Counted from the first letter of the stretch, positions 22,330-35,021 are shown. The stretch is DNA of 64,000 nucleotides from an uncultured Nitrososphaerales archaeon (GCA_963841565.1 CAWJCY010000013.1:1-64000); one strand, 5' to 3'. Notes: generated by a model not told the origin, from the sequence alone. Made by a program: numbers and translations.

Positions 22330-23030
22330 TATGCCGCTGTTATCCTCTCCGTTGAACTCTTTAAATCCATCGATTTGCAGTTCGAATGTATATTTCCTAT
22401 TCTACCCTCAACCATACGGTACTGATAATACCTCAGAGCGATAAGTCAGTTTTTGCTTTATTCAAGAATTAGTATTATACGTATCCACCAGCTCTAATCA
22501 AATCGCAAATGGACCCAAACTTTGTATTGGGTCGAGTTTTGAAGGGATAGTATTCAAGTAACACATACATCCGATATCCGAGATTTGAATACTTTCTGAT
22601 TTTTGTTAGTATTGAGTACGATATTTAAGGGGAAATATATTACTATTTTCGTAAATTTATTTCAGGTCGACTGAGTAGTTTTCCAAGTGTATGAAAGGGT
22701 CAAAAATCTTGTTGTGTTACTTTTACATAGTAACGTCGATTTGACGTCAATGCCGTTGTAGAGAATAGTGGGAGAAAGGTTTGTCGCACTTGAATAAAAA
22801 AATCTATCAAGTTCGGATTCGTGCGGTTTGATTATTTATTCAATGAATTTTCAAACTTTCCTTAAAGAAATATCTACCATTAGAAAATGTTAGGCAAATT
22901 GAAGGGTTTACTTGTATACAATTATTATATTGGTATGACTACGTTTAAATAAATATGTGAATAATGACTTGATTGTTTGTGCTTACTCTTTATTACAATC
23001 GATCCACAATAGCACTAGTAAGAAACAAAA

Positions 23031-23948
23031 ATGTATAGATCATTGTGCACCAAAAGGTCTGGGATCCCCGGTGTCTGGATAGCGATAACTGTTCTTGCAC
23101 TATTTCTAGTTGTAGGCTCAGTATCATTTGACAATTTTAAAAATGTGTACGCAGTAGACGACCTAAATGTTAAAGTTGATGTAGATGATGATGAAATAGA
23201 AAGAGGAAACACTCAGAAGATCACCGTTACCGTAACAAAAGATGGTAATTCCGACGATGACATTGCTGGAGCTGATGCTAAACTTACGGTATATCCTCCA
23301 GAAACCGATTCGACCACTGCCAAAGATGAGACAGATGAAGACGGAAAGGCTAATTTCGATGTAAAGATATCTGATGACGCCGAGTATGGAACGTATGAGG
23401 TAAAGGTAAAGGTTTCCAAAGATGGTTTCAATACTATTACTGAAGATTCATCATTTGAAGTAACTGGCTCAGGAAATAGTGATAATGACGATACCCATGA
23501 TGATGAGGGTCATGAAAATGATAATAGTGGGAACGATGATGATAATAATAATGGAGGACATGATAGCGACAGCGGGGAGAGCAACGGTGGAGAAAATAAC
23601 AATCAAGCTCTCTCACAAGGAAATGCTTGTGGTAATGGAATTCTTTCAACTAATATACTTTGTCAGAATGTAGCGAACCAATTGCAGGGTGATGGAAATG
23701 CGGTTAACATTATTGCAGTACAAAACGGGGGAGGAGATGATGATGGCGTAGCCGAGAATAGTGTTAACAGTCCATCATTGGAATCCTCGTCAGCATCGTT
23801 AGTCCCACCGACTCAGCTTGGTATTCAACAACCTCACGCGCCCTTTAGTGGTTCGACAAATGATAATACAATTGAATCCATTATGGCTCAGTATGTGCAG
23901 GCTAGACTTAATCACGCAATAGAAATTAGGTTAAACCATCTCAAATAA
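23031..23948 (+). CDS. Secreted protein: acidic Ig-like domain, D/N/G-rich linker and CGNG...CQN...QGDGN domain
   Basis: Signal peptide ending VYA; beta-sandwich (ITVTVT, TDEDGKANF, GTYEVKVKVSKDG); motif at 23604-23723 shared with 5427-5669. Confidence 0.85.
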   Translation: MYRSLCTKRSGIPGVWIAITVLALFLVVGSVSFDNFKNVYAVDDLNVKVDVDDDEIERGNTQKITVTVTKDGNSDDDIAGADAKLTVYPPETDSTTAKDETDEDGKANFDVKISDDAEYGTYEVKVKVSKDGFNTITEDSSFEVTGSGNSDNDDTHDDEGHENDNSGNDDDNNNGGHDSDSGESNGGENNNQALSQGNACGNGILSTNILCQNVANQLQGDGNAVNIIAVQNGGGDDDGVAENSVNSPSLESSSASLVPPTQLGIQQPHAPFSGSTNDNTIESIMAQYVQARLNHAIEIRLNHLK

Positions 23949-24883
23949 GATAACAAATCTTAACCAGGTGACAAGTTTACCATTCAAATATTATAGTGAA
24001 ATACAGGAACTACCGTTACTGACAAAGGAAATATCTATGAAACTATGTCACGTGCAGTCATATGGCTCCGACTATTTTTTTTGCATCTACGAAGGTGCTT
24101 AAAGTTAATGTCTACCAAAAGCACTATGAATAAAGCGTCATCGATAAAATAAGCAGGCCCAATTTCCAAGAGCTATTAAGATGCCTCCTTATCTATTAGG
24201 CGTCTTCAATTATCAGCAGGGTCTGCGTTGACTCAAATTTCTCGACTTTTCAATTACTACATATGATCCTTCTCAGTTTTTCAGGAGATTTGCCAGATTA
24301 TACATAGTATGTAGAATCACAGACCTTGCAACCCCCTCAGCCTGAGGGATAGCCATTGATTCATCTATTTATAAAGTTTGTATCCGATCTCTGAGGTGAT
24401 ATGAACATAAACACCAGATTTGGAATTGTTTGCGCTCTTGGAATTACAAGTATTAAAATTGGTAACCGTCATAATCGCTGACACATAGCTCGCTGCTCTG
24501 TTCGTGAATCACTAAAGGCAAGAGGACTACCATTACAGGTAATACCGGACTTTAAAGATAATTTACTGGTCCATTCCAAGCATCTTGATCATCGATTGGA
24601 CCCCTTTAGCAAATGTTTACCCTTCCTTACGAGTTTCCGGTGTTAACATTAAGGCCTTTCGCGATTACGAATGATCTAGAAAACACATAGTTTAGATAAA
24701 AATAGAAATACTAAATGAGGCTTCGACGACTCTATTATTTTTTCATGAGGCCCAAAAAAACTGCTTCACTTGGTGATCTGTTTGTGTACTTTTAATGATT
24801 AAAAAAATCGTCAATAAACTTATATCAAGTGAGTCGTGAGCCTTTGTCTTTTTAATTGCTCAGGAAAAAGCTCATCAGAATTA

Positions 24884-25228
24884 TTACAACATTTTGGTTT
24901 CTGTTCTAGTGTGTTTCCTATTGCTTTTCAGCTCCTTTGCGATCCACATGAGTGTTGACAGAGTATACACTGGAATGTAATCGCCAACGAATGGAACAAA
25001 TTCAATCATATTTACCGCTGTAGAAATCTTGCTTCTTGTAATATTATACAGCAGACTAACGATCACTGCATCGAATATATCTCCCAAAATTGGAATTCCG
25101 AAGAGAGGGGCTGCAAAATAATCTAGAGCATCTGCCACAATGGATATGACTAGCGCAGAGGTTGCTCTTAGTTTGAATAAAGAGCTGTCTGTAGAACTTT
25201 CTTGCCTAATTAATTCTAGAGTTCTCAT
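24884..25228 (-). CDS. Small hypothetical membrane protein
   Basis: Hydrophobic segments with repeated IPILGD / FVPFVGDYIP motifs. Confidence 0.75.
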   Translation of the reverse strand: MRTLELIRQESSTDSSLFKLRATSALVISIVADALDYFAAPLFGIPILGDIFDAVIVSLLYNITRSKISTAVNMIEFVPFVGDYIPVYTLSTLMWIAKELKSNRKHTRTETKML

Positions 25229-25413
25229 GTTAAAGATAGGCTATCATCGTATATATAGATATCACTAGCGATACAGCGGACCATGGGGATATAAGCCAGC
25301 TCATAATGCGAAATTCTTTGTTCCTCTTTACCCTTTCAAATGCAAGCGTCTGATTCGCTTTGTCTTGAAAGCATAAACTTGAATCACTAAATAGTCAACG
25401 TCCTTTTACATTC

Positions 25414-25671
25414 TTGCTAAAGGATAATTTTAGCTTTCATTATTATCGGATGGCTATCAGTACGGTTAGACTGACAATTGCGATCGCCTTGATCTTAGGA
25501 TTGATTTCGGCAGTACTATATGTAACTACCCAAAATATGCACGTATCAGGCCAGCGTACCGAACAATTAGAAATTCAGCAAATGTGTGCTAATTCTCGAG
25601 AGTGCACTCCTTCATCTATGAGCTCTATAACATCGCCGAATATAAGATCAGTCATCTTTTACGCTTATTAG
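25414..25671 (+). CDS. Hypothetical small single-pass membrane protein
   Basis: One hydrophobic helix (LTIAIALILGLISAVLYV) and a Cys pair. Confidence 0.4.
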   Translation: MLKDNFSFHYYRMAISTVRLTIAIALILGLISAVLYVTTQNMHVSGQRTEQLEIQQMCANSRECTPSSMSSITSPNIRSVIFYAY

Positions 25672-26167
25672 AAAGAAGGGGAACATATCAGGTTTAAGCC
25701 AGAGAATATCCTCTGATCTTTTACAAAGCACCTTCCTTCCTTTAGTGGACAGGGAGATACGGAACAGGTCCAGATAGTCAGAATTTCACAAGTAACAGAA
25801 GATATACTAACATGTTTGGTCAGTGATGTCTTTGAACGCAAATCTTTAATTGAAAGAAATTGCACTCATCCTGTCAAATGGTAATTAAGACAGGATTTTC
25901 AACGAGGACCACGCGGTATAGATTGCAATGCAGTAAAGATCCTTTCGTAATTGATAGGACTGTTAAAAAGGCGCCCAAAAAGGAGAGTACAGTAAAATGT
26001 TGATTTGGGATGGTCTATCAGGAGAGAGAGAATTTTGACCTATGAACTGATTGACTCTAATGCTTCGGTCGCTACCAGGCATCACACTTTAGAGTTGGAT
26101 TTGGGTAACGCTGGTATTGCAAGTGATTTTCCATGTGGCACTGTCGTAGTTAGCAGATGATTTTGAT

Positions 26168-26891
26168 ATGTCTTCAGCTTCATACAACCCAAAAGATTAC
26201 TGGATAGAGCAAGGAAAGGTTTACAAGAATAATTTTAAGTACAATAACAAATTTGAACTACAAGAACGAATGCTGATCGAATACTTAACCAGTAATATAT
26301 TTACGTCAAATTCTGAAGGCAGGCCAATAGAGTTGTCCGTTCTAGAGGTAGGCTGCGGATTCGGTCGAATCACTCGATTGCTTCTTGAGAGCTTCGGCAA
26401 ATCAATTGTTAAGTACGTGGCAGTTGATATGTCACCTGACCAGATTAGAAATGCTAAGCAGTACGTTGAGGATCTCCATTTAGAAGGGGGAGGTGGAACA
26501 ATTGTTGACGAAAATGACGGCAAGAAAGACTGAACGTTTGGAATTTATAGTATCGGATATTCAATCACTAAATACTGCTGACGCCGCTAATCATAGATAC
26601 GACCTGGTGCTTGCCTGCGAGGTTCTCCTACACGTACTTCCATCTGAAATCCAACAAGTCGTTCACCATCTAACAGATTTGTCCAATAATCATGTCATAA
26701 ACGTAGATTGGTATGAAGACGAGGTGCCCAAAAAAATTGCCCCACACAATTTCATTCATCGATATGAGCAGATCTACGCAAACATTCCAACTGTGAAGCG
26801 AGTTCGGAGAATACCTATTCTAAAGAAAAGGGTACTTTCAAAATTGGATACAAAGCAATCGATATTTCATGCTTCAAAGCAGGCTGTTTGA
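26168..26891 (+). pseudogene. Class I SAM-dependent methyltransferase, frameshifted near 26525
   Basis: VLEVGCGFGR and AVDMS lie in one frame; FIVSDI and YDLVLACEVLLH lie in the overlapping frame. Removing one A rejoins them. Confidence 0.85.
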
Positions 26892-27186
26892 ATGAGATCG
26901 CCAGTTCGCAAAATTGCAGGAGCGAGATAGATAGATGAGAGTAAGGTATTGCTTGCTTGTCTTAGCCTCCAGGAGATACATGGCACGAAATAAAAGTCCG
27001 TCATTTATGGGTTTGAGGAAGGAATCCCACCCGTCATTTTTCCGTGAGGTAGTACCTGTCTTCAATCGAACTTATCATGCCAATATTGTGCAAGAAATGT
27101 ACCACAGGAGGGGAGAGGCGATATCTCTGAAATTTAGTATTACTTCACTACGGTAAAATGAGGTATTTTCTGAGTATTCATGATTG

Positions 27187-28114
27187 TCAGCCTTCTCCCA
27201 TTGTCATTATTTCAGTTCGTAGCTCACTACATCTGTTCCTGATTGTAACGTCTGTAACGCCGGCAATATCTGCGAAATATCTCTGGGTCTTGGTGTCGTC
27301 TCCGAATTGACGACAGGTTAGGTAAAGTACAGCTGCTGCCAGCCCCATAGGATCCTTGCCGGCAGACATTTCTTTTTTCATGATCTCATTCATTATCTTT
27401 ATAGAATGCCTCTTCACCTTTTCGCCGACGCCCGTAGAATTTGCGAGTCTAACCAGGTAGTGCATCTGGTCTATAGATGGCATCTTCAGATCAAACTTCA
27501 ATACTATTAGCCGATATGCGCTAGAGATTTCCTTAGTCGTAATGTTGTTGGCCTTAGCTACATCATTTAAAGTCCTTGGAATACCAACCTGTCTGCAAGC
27601 AATGTATACACATGCTGCGAGTACCTGCTTGAGTTGTCCTTCCCCTTATCATCCTATTATGTTGAACTTTTCTGTAGATGCACGCGGTATTCTCAATGAC
27701 TGAATACTGCAATCGTAATTTTTCTTTACATTTTCTAAGTGAGGAGATCACTTGATTTAAGTTCCTAGTTTCCGAGTCAAACTGCAGAATGTGGTCCCAC
27801 CTTCTCAAATTCGACAACTTTTCATGCAACCTTGGATCCAAACGTCTCCCTGATGCATCGCGGTTTTCCTTGCCTATCACTGTAGATTGACTCGTGAAAG
27901 GCAAATTTAATGAGAAAGAAGCATTTCCCCGATCCCACATAACATTCTGCGCATCCTGATGAGTTATGTTCCAACTTGGGGAAGTCTGGATCATTCTGTT
28001 TGCAATAACGGCTCCACAGCCGACGCAAATAATCTCTCCCGACTCAGGATCGGCGACGAATGAACAATGCTTCTCTCCGTCACAGTACTTGATTACCTCG
28101 TTTCGCGGCGACAC
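27187..28114 (-). pseudogene. tfb: Transcription initiation factor IIB paralogue, frameshifted near 27625
   Basis: Zinc ribbon (C...DPESGEIICVGCG) and RGRT; after removing one G, VLAACVYIACRQ...PRTL, then AGKDPMGLAAAVLY and AGVTDVTIRNR. Confidence 0.9.
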
Positions 28115-28485
28115 AAACCTCTACACATAATCAAGTACGCAAATCGAAGATTTAATACCTTTGAAGCCGTCTTTGAGAAGTGTCTTTTAAAACTTAGTTC
28201 AAGGCCGACTATTTGAATGAACGATATGTAGCAAGATGTGACCGATTCGTCATGTACAAACTTAATTCAAAGTCATTAGCCTGTGTGTAATCTGATCAGA
28301 CAAGGTACCTTAGCGTATATCTAACATCATTTCAATACTTTGACCGTCTAAGGGTACCAAATTCAGCCGTCGAGGGTTCAATCCGGATTCGAACAAGGAT
28401 CTATTAGGTCGCAAGACTTATTCGCCTGAATTAAACGTGATCGAGATTGTGTGCTGGGTTTGCCTAATCTACATAGGAGAATGCC

Positions 28486-30101
28486 TCATACATCATAGTA
28501 CATATAGAACTGCTGCAGTTTCGATTCTCTTTTTCCCTCAAATCCTCGAACCCGAGAAATCTCATCCTCCTTAAGGTCGATGTACGTTTCAAGGCATTCG
28601 TCATTGAAACACGTATTAGTTAAATAGAGTTGATCGCTTTTCAGTGAAGCAATGGATTCTTCAAGACTCCCTGGGACTGAATTGATCCCTAAATCATTTC
28701 TTCGGGAATCAGACATCTTGTAAATGTTCTCATCAACAGGATCTCCAGGATCAATTTTTTTCCTCATGCCATCCAAACCGGCGGCAACGATAGCGGAGAA
28801 TGCCAAATACGGATTACAAGAGGGATCTGGTGCCCTAAACTCTATACGTTTTGATTCTCTACTAAGTTTGTCGTTAATAGGTATTCTCACAATCGCAGAC
28901 CTATTACCTCTAGACCAGGCTATGTAAACTGGCGCTTCAAACCCAGGAACCATTCGGTAATACGAATTGACGGTGGGGGACGTTATAGCGACTAGCGATC
29001 TCGAATGATCCAGGACGCCCCCAATAAAATACCTGCCGGACTGGCTAATGTTGGCATATGGATCGTCTTCGTCAAAGAAGATATTTTGGCTAGATAGGGT
29101 CTTATCAGAAGAAGGGTGTCTGGGGGTTGCGGAGGATGAAGACGAGGATTTATCCCAGAGACTTACGCTCACATGCATTCCTGAACCATTATCAGCTTTA
29201 GCACCTGTAGGGTCAGTCTCATCAAACAAGGGTTTCGGCATGAAGTTTGCGATTTTATTGTGTCTTTTGGCTACGTTCCTTACAACATCCTTGTAGATTT
29301 GAACATTATCAGCAGCATCAGTTAGTTTGCTATGCATAAAATTAATCTCTATTTGCCCTGTGCTAGCCACTTCGTGATTCAGGTTTGTAACCTTTATCCC
29401 ATAATACTTCTTCAGTAAATTGGCAACTTCGAACCTAAATTCTACGAGAGAATCTTGGAACGGAGGTGCATCATACCCTCCCTTTCTATTTATTGGATAC
29501 TTCCCTACACCGTACTGCTCTTCAGAGACAATCATATTTGACGTGGAAGATTGTGAATTAGCGACGGATTCGCTATCGTTATCGATGGAATAACTCTGTG
29601 CACTAATAACATTCTCTAGATTATCCTGAAAAGAAATATTATCAAAGATAAAGCATTCCACTTCGGGTCCAATTTGACATGTCAAATTTGACTCTGCGAG
29701 ATATTCTTCCATGTTTTCGGAGACGAATCTTGGGTCTTTGGAAAGGCGCCCAAAACCAAAGCCTTTGTGAACGTTAGCAATTACCGAACCAAGGGTGAAG
29801 TTAGTAAAAAATGGATTTAATCTTAATGTATGTCTGTCAGGGACTAGAAGAAGATCTGACTCATTTATTTCCGTGAACCCTTTTACTGAGGAGCCGTCAA
29901 GTCCTATACCTTTCTTTAAGAATCCGTAGAGCTCATCATAATCGCTCATCACGTATTTAGTAGAAATTTTCCAAGTAGATCAGTGTACCTAAACTGAAGA
30001 AACTCGATACGCTGTAATTCTTCTGAAAAACCCATGCTTCGATTGGGATCAACGTCTGTTACGTAGGTATCATAATCACTTCCTTTAGGATGGTATGACA
30101 A
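28486..30101 (-). CDS. glnA: Glutamine synthetase type I; N-terminus separated by a 1-nt deletion near 29960
   Basis: DGSSVKGF, GPEVECF, HEVASTGQIEI, FMPKP, DNGSGMH, RMVPGFEAP, NRSAIVRIP and RIEFRAPD. An upstream frame from TTG 30101 gives IEFLQFRYTDLLGKFL, and adding one base restores FLAKYVM. Confidence 0.95.
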
Positions 30102-30131
30102 TTTATTATTTATTTTATAGACGGGCGTAAA

Positions 30132-30147
30132 ATATATAATCTTTAGC
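30132..30147 (-). promoter_or_regulatory. BRE/TATA promoter of glnA
   Basis: Minus-strand GCTAAAGA-TTATATAT about 30 nt upstream of the TTG at 30101. Confidence 0.55.
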
Positions 30148-30437
30148 TTCCTAATTACTTACATTTTCGATAGGTTCAGTATAATATTCTAGCATTTGTA
30201 AAGCGTGTTCATAATATTTCGCCGCTATTATGCAGTATGTAACGTTTGCCGTTAGGTCATTTGGTTTCACCAAATATTGTTCAACTTATTCGATAGGAAG
30301 AGATCACTGGGAGTTCTACAGAAATTCCTTTCAATCATTAATTCTAATACCTGGAGTGGCATCTCCCTAGTGGACTTCTGAAATCGGGCTAAGGATAGAC
30401 TTATGGAAAGAGGTTGAGTAATTGACAACAGTAAACT

Positions 30438-31232
30438 CTATTGTTTACGCGATACTCCATATTTCCATCCATTCCTATCCATTTCATTTAGAAATGATAT
30501 CAGAATGGCTTCAAGTGTTTCCACAATTTCATTTCCTTTTTTGACGGTTGCTTTCCTCGGGGCTCCAGTGGTGCCAGTATCTGAAAGTTCGTTAAATTTC
30601 CAATAGATCCTCACCTTGGTTGGTAACTTCGGTATCATATCTTTAGGCGCATTACTCATTTTCACTAGGTCAGGTCTCACGGCGAGCATTGCAGAAGTCT
30701 CTGCTTCGCCGCCATGCCCTAATCCATCCCAGACGTCGAAAAGGTTGTGCTTAGATTGACCAACCAGCGCCCACCAAGCCTCAATACAAGCAATTACTAC
30801 TGTTGGGTGCCGGTTCTTTACACACCTTGAAGCGACCTCTATTGGTGCAATATTTCCATCATGACCATTTATGATCAGAATCCTCTGAATTCCATTCTTA
30901 ATTAGACTTTGACAAATATCCTGAATTATCCTTACTACGGTGTGAGATTGAAGACTGATAGTCATTTGATAATCACTGTGATGTGAGCTTAGACCGTACG
31001 GAATGTAGGGAAGAATTATCACGTTCTTTAATTTAACTGCGATTCTCTTAAGCAATTCAGTCGGAAAAATAAAATCCGCTCCAAACGGCATATGGTCGCC
31101 GTGATTTTCACATGCCCCAATGACCATAATTGCAGTTGTGCTCCTGTTGATACTATTCTTAACTTGTAGGGCGTTCATAGTCGCAAGCTCACCACTCTTG
31201 TCAATCTTCTTTTCAACTTTCATGTGACACAT
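30438..31232 (-). CDS. Creatininase / creatinine amidohydrolase family protein
   Basis: GACENHGDHMP..AD, YGLSSHH, INGHDGN and GHGGEAETS. Confidence 0.9.
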   Translation of the reverse strand: MCHMKVEKKIDKSGELATMNALQVKNSINRSTTAIMVIGACENHGDHMPFGADFIFPTELLKRIAVKLKNVIILPYIPYGLSSHHSDYQMTISLQSHTVVRIIQDICQSLIKNGIQRILIINGHDGNIAPIEVASRCVKNRHPTVVIACIEAWWALVGQSKHNLFDVWDGLGHGGEAETSAMLAVRPDLVKMSNAPKDMIPKLPTKVRIYWKFNELSDTGTTGAPRKATVKKGNEIVETLEAILISFLNEMDRNGWKYGVSRKQ

Positions 31233-31839
31233 ATTATGTAGAAGGTACCATAAGTGTATTGGATTTGAATTTCATGTAAAAAGTGAGATGACAATTTAGG
31301 AGAAAAAGCAAGAATTTGATTTGGTACCACAAAGTTATCAGCTATTTCACTATACAAATCATTTATTCAATTTATTCAACATATGCTCTGTGAATTCATG
31401 ATTTTCGCCTAGGATAATTTGTTACTGAAATACTTTCTAACATTTTGATACCCATAATTTAATTACAACTAGATGTTATATCAGTGAAACTCTGGTGACA
31501 CTCTGGTGACTCTCAGGTCTGAAATCCACAAGTTATTTAGGTAATACGGCTTAACGTGCTGGAATCTAAAAGGACCGGTTTGTATAATGAAAAAGGATCA
31601 AGTATACGAATAACTGCCTAGTAGATTATTATCGAAGAGTATTATCTGTAACTGAAACAATTTTTAACTGCATTCCTATTAAAAGAATCATTACTAAGCT
31701 ACAATATCAAACCATATCAAAACACCAATGCATCATTCCAACCAAAACTATTTTTGGGTTAGAATTAAGATTCGACTTTCCTCGTTAAATTATTCATATC
31801 CCTTAAATAATTTGTATAGGTAGAAGTCTAAACAGTGAT

Positions 31840-32412
31840 TTGCATCAAGGCTCAATAGCGGAACGAGACACTCCTAAAATCTTACGTTATTTACGAGCTA
31901 ATGCTAATTCGATTCAGCGTGAGGATCATTCTTACCTGGATCGAATTCGCGATATCCAAAGGGTGCTTAAGAGAGGTGAAAAGGTGCTCGCTGTTGCATT
32001 GCAACCACGGATGCTGCCTGGTGGTTCCTACTTAATCCCTAATATCATCTACGCTACCAACAAGAGAATCATTGTATTTGAACAACATTCATCAGATCTC
32101 GGTGGGGGCAAAGTAAGTATTCCATATGATATGATGGCCAGTATAAAATTAGAAGAAGGACCATACTCTACTTTGGCAGTCAAATTTGAATTGTCAGCGT
32201 TAAGTAACGTGGCCGGACTGGGCATGATTCACGGAATAGTGGGAGGAAGAAATCGTAACGAAAGGATTATTGTTGCAATTCCTAAAGCGAAAGCTGAAGA
32301 ATTAATTGAGGCAATACTTTTTGCAATTCGTAGAAATAGTGTCAGAATTAGACTCCCCACATTTGAGCGACATAAAAGTTGGAGGCGTGAAGTAGAATGC
32401 AGGCTAAGGTAA
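31840..32412 (+). CDS. Bacterial-type PH-domain protein
   Basis: L..GEKVLAVA.Q, PNIIYATNKRII and IPYDMMASIKLEEG. Confidence 0.7.
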   Translation: MHQGSIAERDTPKILRYLRANANSIQREDHSYLDRIRDIQRVLKRGEKVLAVALQPRMLPGGSYLIPNIIYATNKRIIVFEQHSSDLGGGKVSIPYDMMASIKLEEGPYSTLAVKFELSALSNVAGLGMIHGIVGGRNRNERIIVAIPKAKAEELIEAILFAIRRNSVRIRLPTFERHKSWRREVECRLR

Positions 32413-32663
32413 ATTTTGATCGTTAAATGATCATGAGCCAATTATTGAGTTCGCAAAGTTGAGCCATTTGACAAAAGTAAATAGCGGGTTATTTGCTTCT
32501 TTCACAAGACAGTTACTGAAGGTGAAACATTGCGGAATCACATTGAAAATTGGAATCATTCTAAAGACAAGTTACTGATAACCATTTAAGATTGGAAATG
32601 TAATGACAAGAAGCTTTAGGCGACTAATGAAGGTCTAGACTTGTACAAGAATCTATTTTTAGA

Positions 32664-33011
32664 CTAACTAACTGTTTCTTCTATACTTGAACTCTTTAGG
32701 ACACCAGAAAGATCCTTAGATATAGTATCAATTACTCGACTTACCTCTTCCTTGCTCTCTGCTTGATATATGGCGAGAGCCAATACCTCTATTTCTTTCT
32801 GCAGAGCATTTATCATTTTTGATTCAAGCTCAAAAAACCGATAAAAGTTGGCAAGTTCTTCAGCAAGTGTTATACAAAGAGGGATTATAACTTCGCTTGA
32901 CGCATTCTTTCCTACTAGGCCCTTGAATTGCTCAACCAAATTATTGACAGCCTGACGCCTCTGTATGAAAATTTGCGCTAATGTCTCATTCGTAGATTCT
33001 ACTTGACCCAT
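32664..33011 (-). CDS. Hypothetical helical protein
   Basis: 115-aa ATG ORF with an amphipathic helical pattern. Confidence 0.65.
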   Translation of the reverse strand: MGQVESTNETLAQIFIQRRQAVNNLVEQFKGLVGKNASSEVIIPLCITLAEELANFYRFFELESKMINALQKEIEVLALAIYQAESKEEVSRVIDTISKDLSGVLKSSSIEETVS

Positions 33012-33092
33012 ATATCATTACCCCTTAAATCTAATAAAGAAGAGCAACCTTACTTAAGGTTTCTTCTGTTTGGGAATACATCATTAATCTGC

Positions 33093-33479
33093 TCATTCTT
33101 TGGATTGCTTTGCTTTCACAATAGGAAATATTTTTTTTAATATGATGTTGTCATGATCCGAACGAGTGTCGAAGGATACCATTAAGACTGGATAATCATT
33201 ATTTTCGGTGTATATAGTGGCACGTTTAAGGTTTTCATATAGTGTGAATGAATAAATCACCTTACCGAGCTTCGATTCCATTTCCATCCTACTATTCATT
33301 CTCATTACAGTATCAATGGAGTATATCTCTGACTCTGTCTGATTCAAGTAGGGAACAAGACCGTCTCGGTATTTAACAGCTACTTGCTTGCCATATTTGT
33401 CGGCGATACCTACAAATCTTATAGAGTCATCGGATTGGATAATCTGGTTGCAGAGATCATCTAGTTCGGTGCCGGTCAT
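33093..33479 (-). CDS. DUF6659-like (roadblock/profilin-like) thaumarchaeal protein
   Basis: LCNQI...SIRFVGIADKYG...YRDGLVPYL...LGKVIYSFTLYENLKRATI...LMVSFD pattern. Confidence 0.8.
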   Translation of the reverse strand: MTGTELDDLCNQIIQSDDSIRFVGIADKYGKQVAVKYRDGLVPYLNQTESEIYSIDTVMRMNSRMEMESKLGKVIYSFTLYENLKRATIYTENNDYPVLMVSFDTRSDHDNIILKKIFPIVKAKQSKE

Positions 33480-33544
33480 TCAACTACCATTTGTGTGGCG
33501 CATTTAATAAATGAATATAAACTAATTCCTCGGAATAAGTCATA

Positions 33545-33874
33545 TTGAAAAAGGTAGACGCAATCGTAAGAGCAGAGAGAATGCCTCTTATAAAGGAGCG
33601 TCTAAGGAATATGGGTGTAGCAGGGATGACCATATCAACTGTGATGGGTTGGAGCAAGACTAGGGAGCTTCACCTCCAGTGGAGAGGTCAACCTGTATCT
33701 TATGACTTAATCCAGAGGGCCAAATTTGAATTAGTCCTTCCTGATTCCCAAGTCAAAGAAGTCGTAGAGGCTATAATAGAATCTGCAAGATCCGGGAAGA
33801 ATGGTGAACAAGGAGATGGAATAATTTTTGTCTCAAATGTTGATCATATAATGAATGTCAAGTATTTGGGATAA
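33545..33874 (+). CDS. glnB: P-II family nitrogen regulatory protein (GlnB/GlnK-like)
   Basis: MKKVDAIVR, GVAGMTIS.V.G, WRG in the T-loop, and ARSG..GE.GDGIIFVS. Confidence 0.9.
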   Translation: MKKVDAIVRAERMPLIKERLRNMGVAGMTISTVMGWSKTRELHLQWRGQPVSYDLIQRAKFELVLPDSQVKEVVEAIIESARSGKNGEQGDGIIFVSNVDHIMNVKYLG

Positions 33875-34004
33875 TGAATTAGCGTTAGATTATGTTACCT
33901 TATTGACTGCTCGTTTTTGATGTTAGCCGGGCCTGCCTCTTCGTACACCCTTATTCTAAATACAATCCTAGAGTAAATTCATTGATGGCAAAATTAGTTA
34001 AATG

Positions 34005-34348
34005 TTATGGGAAGGGGACACCTGTTGTAGAGGGGATCTTAGATTCAATGTCACCACTTTCCTTCTCCTCTTTCTCTTCTTCATTGTTGCCGCCGTTGTC
34101 ATTATCATCGTTATTGCTATCTTTTTCATCACTGTCATCTGTAACAGAAGAATCCTCGGATGAGCGTGAGGACGAAGTTGAGGGTGAACAATCCACTAGC
34201 GAACCAACATCTCTATCACAAGATGAGGATGATTGAGCTTGAACTTCGGGAGTACAGCGCTGAGGCGATTTAACCCTACAGGAACAAGCACAAGTAACAT
34301 TACGATTATTACTAGGGATGACTTACAGCCTTTTTCTTCATTGTGCAT
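34005..34348 (-). pseudogene. Small secreted acidic protein with a Cys pair and C-terminal VPFP, frameshifted near 34260
   Basis: The ATG at 34348 gives a hydrophobic signal (SLVIIVMLLVLVPVG). A second frame gives EVQAQSSSSCDRDVGSLVDC, an acidic tract, and TGVPFP. Confidence 0.7.
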
Positions 34349-35021
34349 CTCGCGCAATTGGTTTTACAACCTTATTTTTAAGACCATTGTTATTTGATTT
34401 AAGTACTTGTCTACGTTAACATTATAATATAATATAATTCTGCTCAATTTTATTTCGCGCACCCAATCTTGTCTGATGTCTCTAATCGACTTCTGGCTCT
34501 CGCAATGACCATTTGGTTTAACAAGACTCTAACATTTCCAAAACACTAAAATCTTTTACATCCAGCTAAGCGCAAATTGAATCCACTATAATGAAAAGCA
34601 ACTCCATAGAAACTTATTGCCCCCTCATAGGCGTTGAGATTTAAGCACTATTTTCTATATGTTCCTTGATCTTAAGCTTATCTTACCTTTCCAGATATAA
34701 GTATTGAATATGGCAATTTTTGGAATGTGCAATTGGAATAGCATTATCTATAATGATATCCTTTGATCTTAAAACTGGAGAAGGGTTCGCGTTTAATTCG
34801 ATTGCTTGTGTGTTTAGGCGTTACCAGAATATTGTAATTTAGTTAGACCCAATACACCATCACTAGAGTGCGAATCCCAAATGCAATTACCACTTGAAAA
34901 CATTGCAGTAAAAGTGTTAGCTAAGTTTATAACTAATACACAGTGCCTAACGGACCAAATATCGATTGTAGGAAGGGCATTTGCTCTTCCAAGCAGCAGA
35001 GAAGATTAATTACATTCTTAT

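Noticed and set aside
28370-28402. GGTTCAATCC and GTTCGAATCC (minus strand) tRNA-like words
   Set aside because: No cloverleaf can be built because the T-stem does not pair.
31490-31510. Tandem ctctggtgac duplication
   Set aside because: Only two units with no spacers; probably slippage.
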